A DNA stretch of 33,374 bases from Candidatus Uhrbacteria bacterium (GTDB taxonomy: Bacteria > Patescibacteriota > Patescibacteriia > UBA9934 > GWF2-40-263). Position 1 is the first letter of the stretch. Every line of letters begins with the position of its first letter. The DNA lies in contig JACQXU010000028.1 of assembly GCA_016208545.1 (NCBI GenBank), positions 1 to 33,374 of the forward strand, given 5' to 3'. Positions 32,100 to 33,374 of this stretch are shown here, piece by piece. The notes under the pieces were generated by a model. That model searched no databases and was not told where the DNA came from. It saw nothing but the letters and a program-made list of their open reading frames with translations. The position numbers and the translations under genes are program-made.

Positions 32100-32351
32100 G
32101 TAAGGATGAGAACAGAAAGAAAGGGAAACGAGAACATTCAAACAATTTAATGTGTCGCCTAGGAAACGACACTTCGCTATAAAGAGCGAGAGAGCCCGAC
32201 TCTGGGGTTACAAGAGAAACCAGCTAAATCAGCTGTCATTGCGAGGAAGTCTAGCCTTAAGGCAAGACGACGAAGCAATCTCAGTGTTTAGCTTGTGAAG
32301 CAGGTTTTGGAATTCTCTCTAACAAAGGATTCTAAAACCTGCTTTTTCTTT
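32100..32351 (+). ncRNA. candidate roughly 250-nt small RNA (consensus promoter to intrinsic terminator)
   Basis: There is no ORF over 14 codons. The unit ends in a 14-bp hairpin, GCAGGTTTTGGAAT (32300-32313) with ATTCTAAAACCTGC (32329-32342), followed by TTTTTCTTT. It contains one arm of the GTCATTGCGAGG repeat. Confidence 0.4.
32235..32282 (+). repeat. single arm of the GTCATTGCGAGG repeat family
   Basis: GTCATTGCGAGGAAGTCTAGCCTTAAGGCAAGACGACGAAGCAATCTC has the same module order as 23531-23568, with a longer internal hairpin. Confidence 0.6.
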
Positions 32352-32975
32352 ATGAAAAAGCAACTCGTAGTGCTCGGATAGATAGGAGTGGGGGCCGCAA
32401 GGTCACCAAAAGCGAGAGAGCTTAATCCTATTTACCAGAGTCTACACTCTGACAATCTCCGGCCTTTTGGCTGGATCTTCCGGGGACGACAACCGGAAAC
32501 GTCGAGGTCGCTGGAATACGTCCGTTCGCCTGATGGTTATCAGGCGAACAGGCACAAGGCGATCTCCCCAATGTGAGTCAGATCACATTGTGGTAATGAG
32601 TGCGCAAGAGTGGAAATTAAACTTCCATTCCTTGCACTCCTTATCACTAAAACATGTGGTAGACGCAGGCTTCAGCCTGCGTGACTTCGCGAGAGAGGAG
32701 TGTTCGTTACAACTAAATAATCTTCGATCGTTTTTTCTGAACTCAACCGTTTTTGAACTATCCGTCCGTGCACGACACTTTGTGCCGAATGCGCGAACAA
32801 CGGACTCAAAGAGCAGGTGACTTTGGATAACGATCTTCCTTAGCTCGTAATCTCTATATTTATGAGTTTTGGAAGCGCCACCTCATGTGAGGCGACGCGA
32901 CTGATTTTGGGCACCCATGCCCTCCGCTTGATGCGGAAAAAATGGGGAGAAATAAAATGTGCCAGATGAATTGTA

Positions 32976-33142
32976 CCCGCGCGGCCGCCGCGCGGGCAAT
33001 CTTCTCGGCGAAGGCGGCGGGCCGTCAGGCCCCCGCCTTCTACCTCGGCGTTCTCGCCGCGTACGCGCGGCAGGACAAGGCCGAGGAGACCCGCAGGGCG
33101 TACCTGCGGGCCCGTGGCTGGCGCGTCTCGCGCTAGCTCGCC
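32976..33142 (+). other. roughly 165-bp very GC-rich block, foreign-looking in this AT-rich sequence
   Basis: It is a run of GC hairpins (CCCGCGCGG-CCG-CCGCGCGGG at 32976-32996, GAAGGCGGCGGGCC/GGCCCCCGCCTTC, CCCGCAGG/CCTGCGGG). In the frame of ORF 32942-33136, 49 of 53 codon third positions are G or C (hand count). Confidence 0.5.
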
Positions 33143-33374
33143 ACAAAAAAGAGGAAAGGAAAAAAAACGATGAGTAACTAGCAACATCCGCGTTTGATTG
33201 GCACGCGGGTGTGAAGAAAAAGCGGCAAAGGTCCGCAAAGTCAGTCCGGGGTGTTCGTACTCCTCGTTAGGGTCGCACCAAAATACGGACGAGTTTCGGC
33301 TCGTAAAAACCGAAAAAGCATTCGGGGAGCGTTGCGATTGCACATCGCTTCGCTCCCCAACTCACTTTGCTACT

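Noticed and set aside
32840-33343. 167-aa and 87-aa minus-strand ORFs and the 72-aa plus-strand ORF over the GC-rich block
   Set aside because: They are Arg/Pro/Gly-rich translations of GC-rich DNA in frames without GC3 skew. There are no start signals.
32369-33374. Group II intron (GTGCTCGGATAGATAGGAGTG and CAAAAGCGAGAGAGCT loosely recall the Ll.LtrB 5' end GTGCGCCCAGATAGGGTG and AAAAGCGAAAGCT; the location after a terminator is like class C introns)
   Set aside because: No domain V-like hairpin (AGC...GAAA...paired arms) was found, and there is no reverse-transcriptase ORF. The resemblance is short and from memory. I kept only the generic structured-RNA hypothesis.

Overview
This is a 33.4-kb low-GC, gene-dense bacterial fragment. 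I infer a Candidate Phyla Radiation / Patescibacteria-type genome from four things: a 23S rRNA full of group I introns with LAGLIDADG genes, a 23S-5S unit with no 16S upstream, a split transketolase, and only partial TCA plus non-oxidative pentose-phosphate genes. Gene order, left to right: (1) a small serine hydrolase; (2) a 6.1-kb 23S gene (four group I introns, three carrying homing-endonuclease ORFs, plus three hairpin expansion segments) followed by 5S; (3) a GlmU-N-like nucleotidyltransferase, a P-loop kinase and an endonuclease Q-like PHP protein; (4) a 36-aa lysine-rich ORF; (5) an FG-GAP / L,D-transpeptidase; (6) an odd tRNA-Ala locus; (7) a minus-strand operon of acnA, pfkB kinase, a small ORF plus AbiEii-like toxin, and a 2-hydroxyacid dehydrogenase, divergent from icd; (8) a minus-strand cluster of rpiB, rpe, two secreted cupredoxin-fold paralogs, tktN, a GIY-YIG element, tktC, pfkB and fba; (9) ileS; (10) a hypothetical gene; (11) a right end of more than 1.3 kb that is ORF-poor and hairpin-dense. 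The most unusual content is a layer of small repeats. (a) A GTCATTGCGAGG...CCTCGCAATGAC palindromic element occurs once with a GIY-YIG nuclease gene in its loop (between the transketolase halves). It occurs twice as 78- and 85-nt ORF-less copies translated in frame inside ileS, and once as a single arm in a candidate sRNA. (b) An intact tRNA-Ala sits on a perfect 19-bp stem inside a second, truncated tRNA-Ala-like gene. A related 19-nt inverted repeat ends 1 nt before the ileS start codon. (c) Tandem arrays with 7-nt or 8-nt periods, usually arranged as hairpins, build the rRNA expansion segments, fill gene junctions and lie in frame in coding regions. (d) There are MITE-like palindromes with flanking direct repeats. 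All functional interpretations of these repeats are inference from sequence alone.
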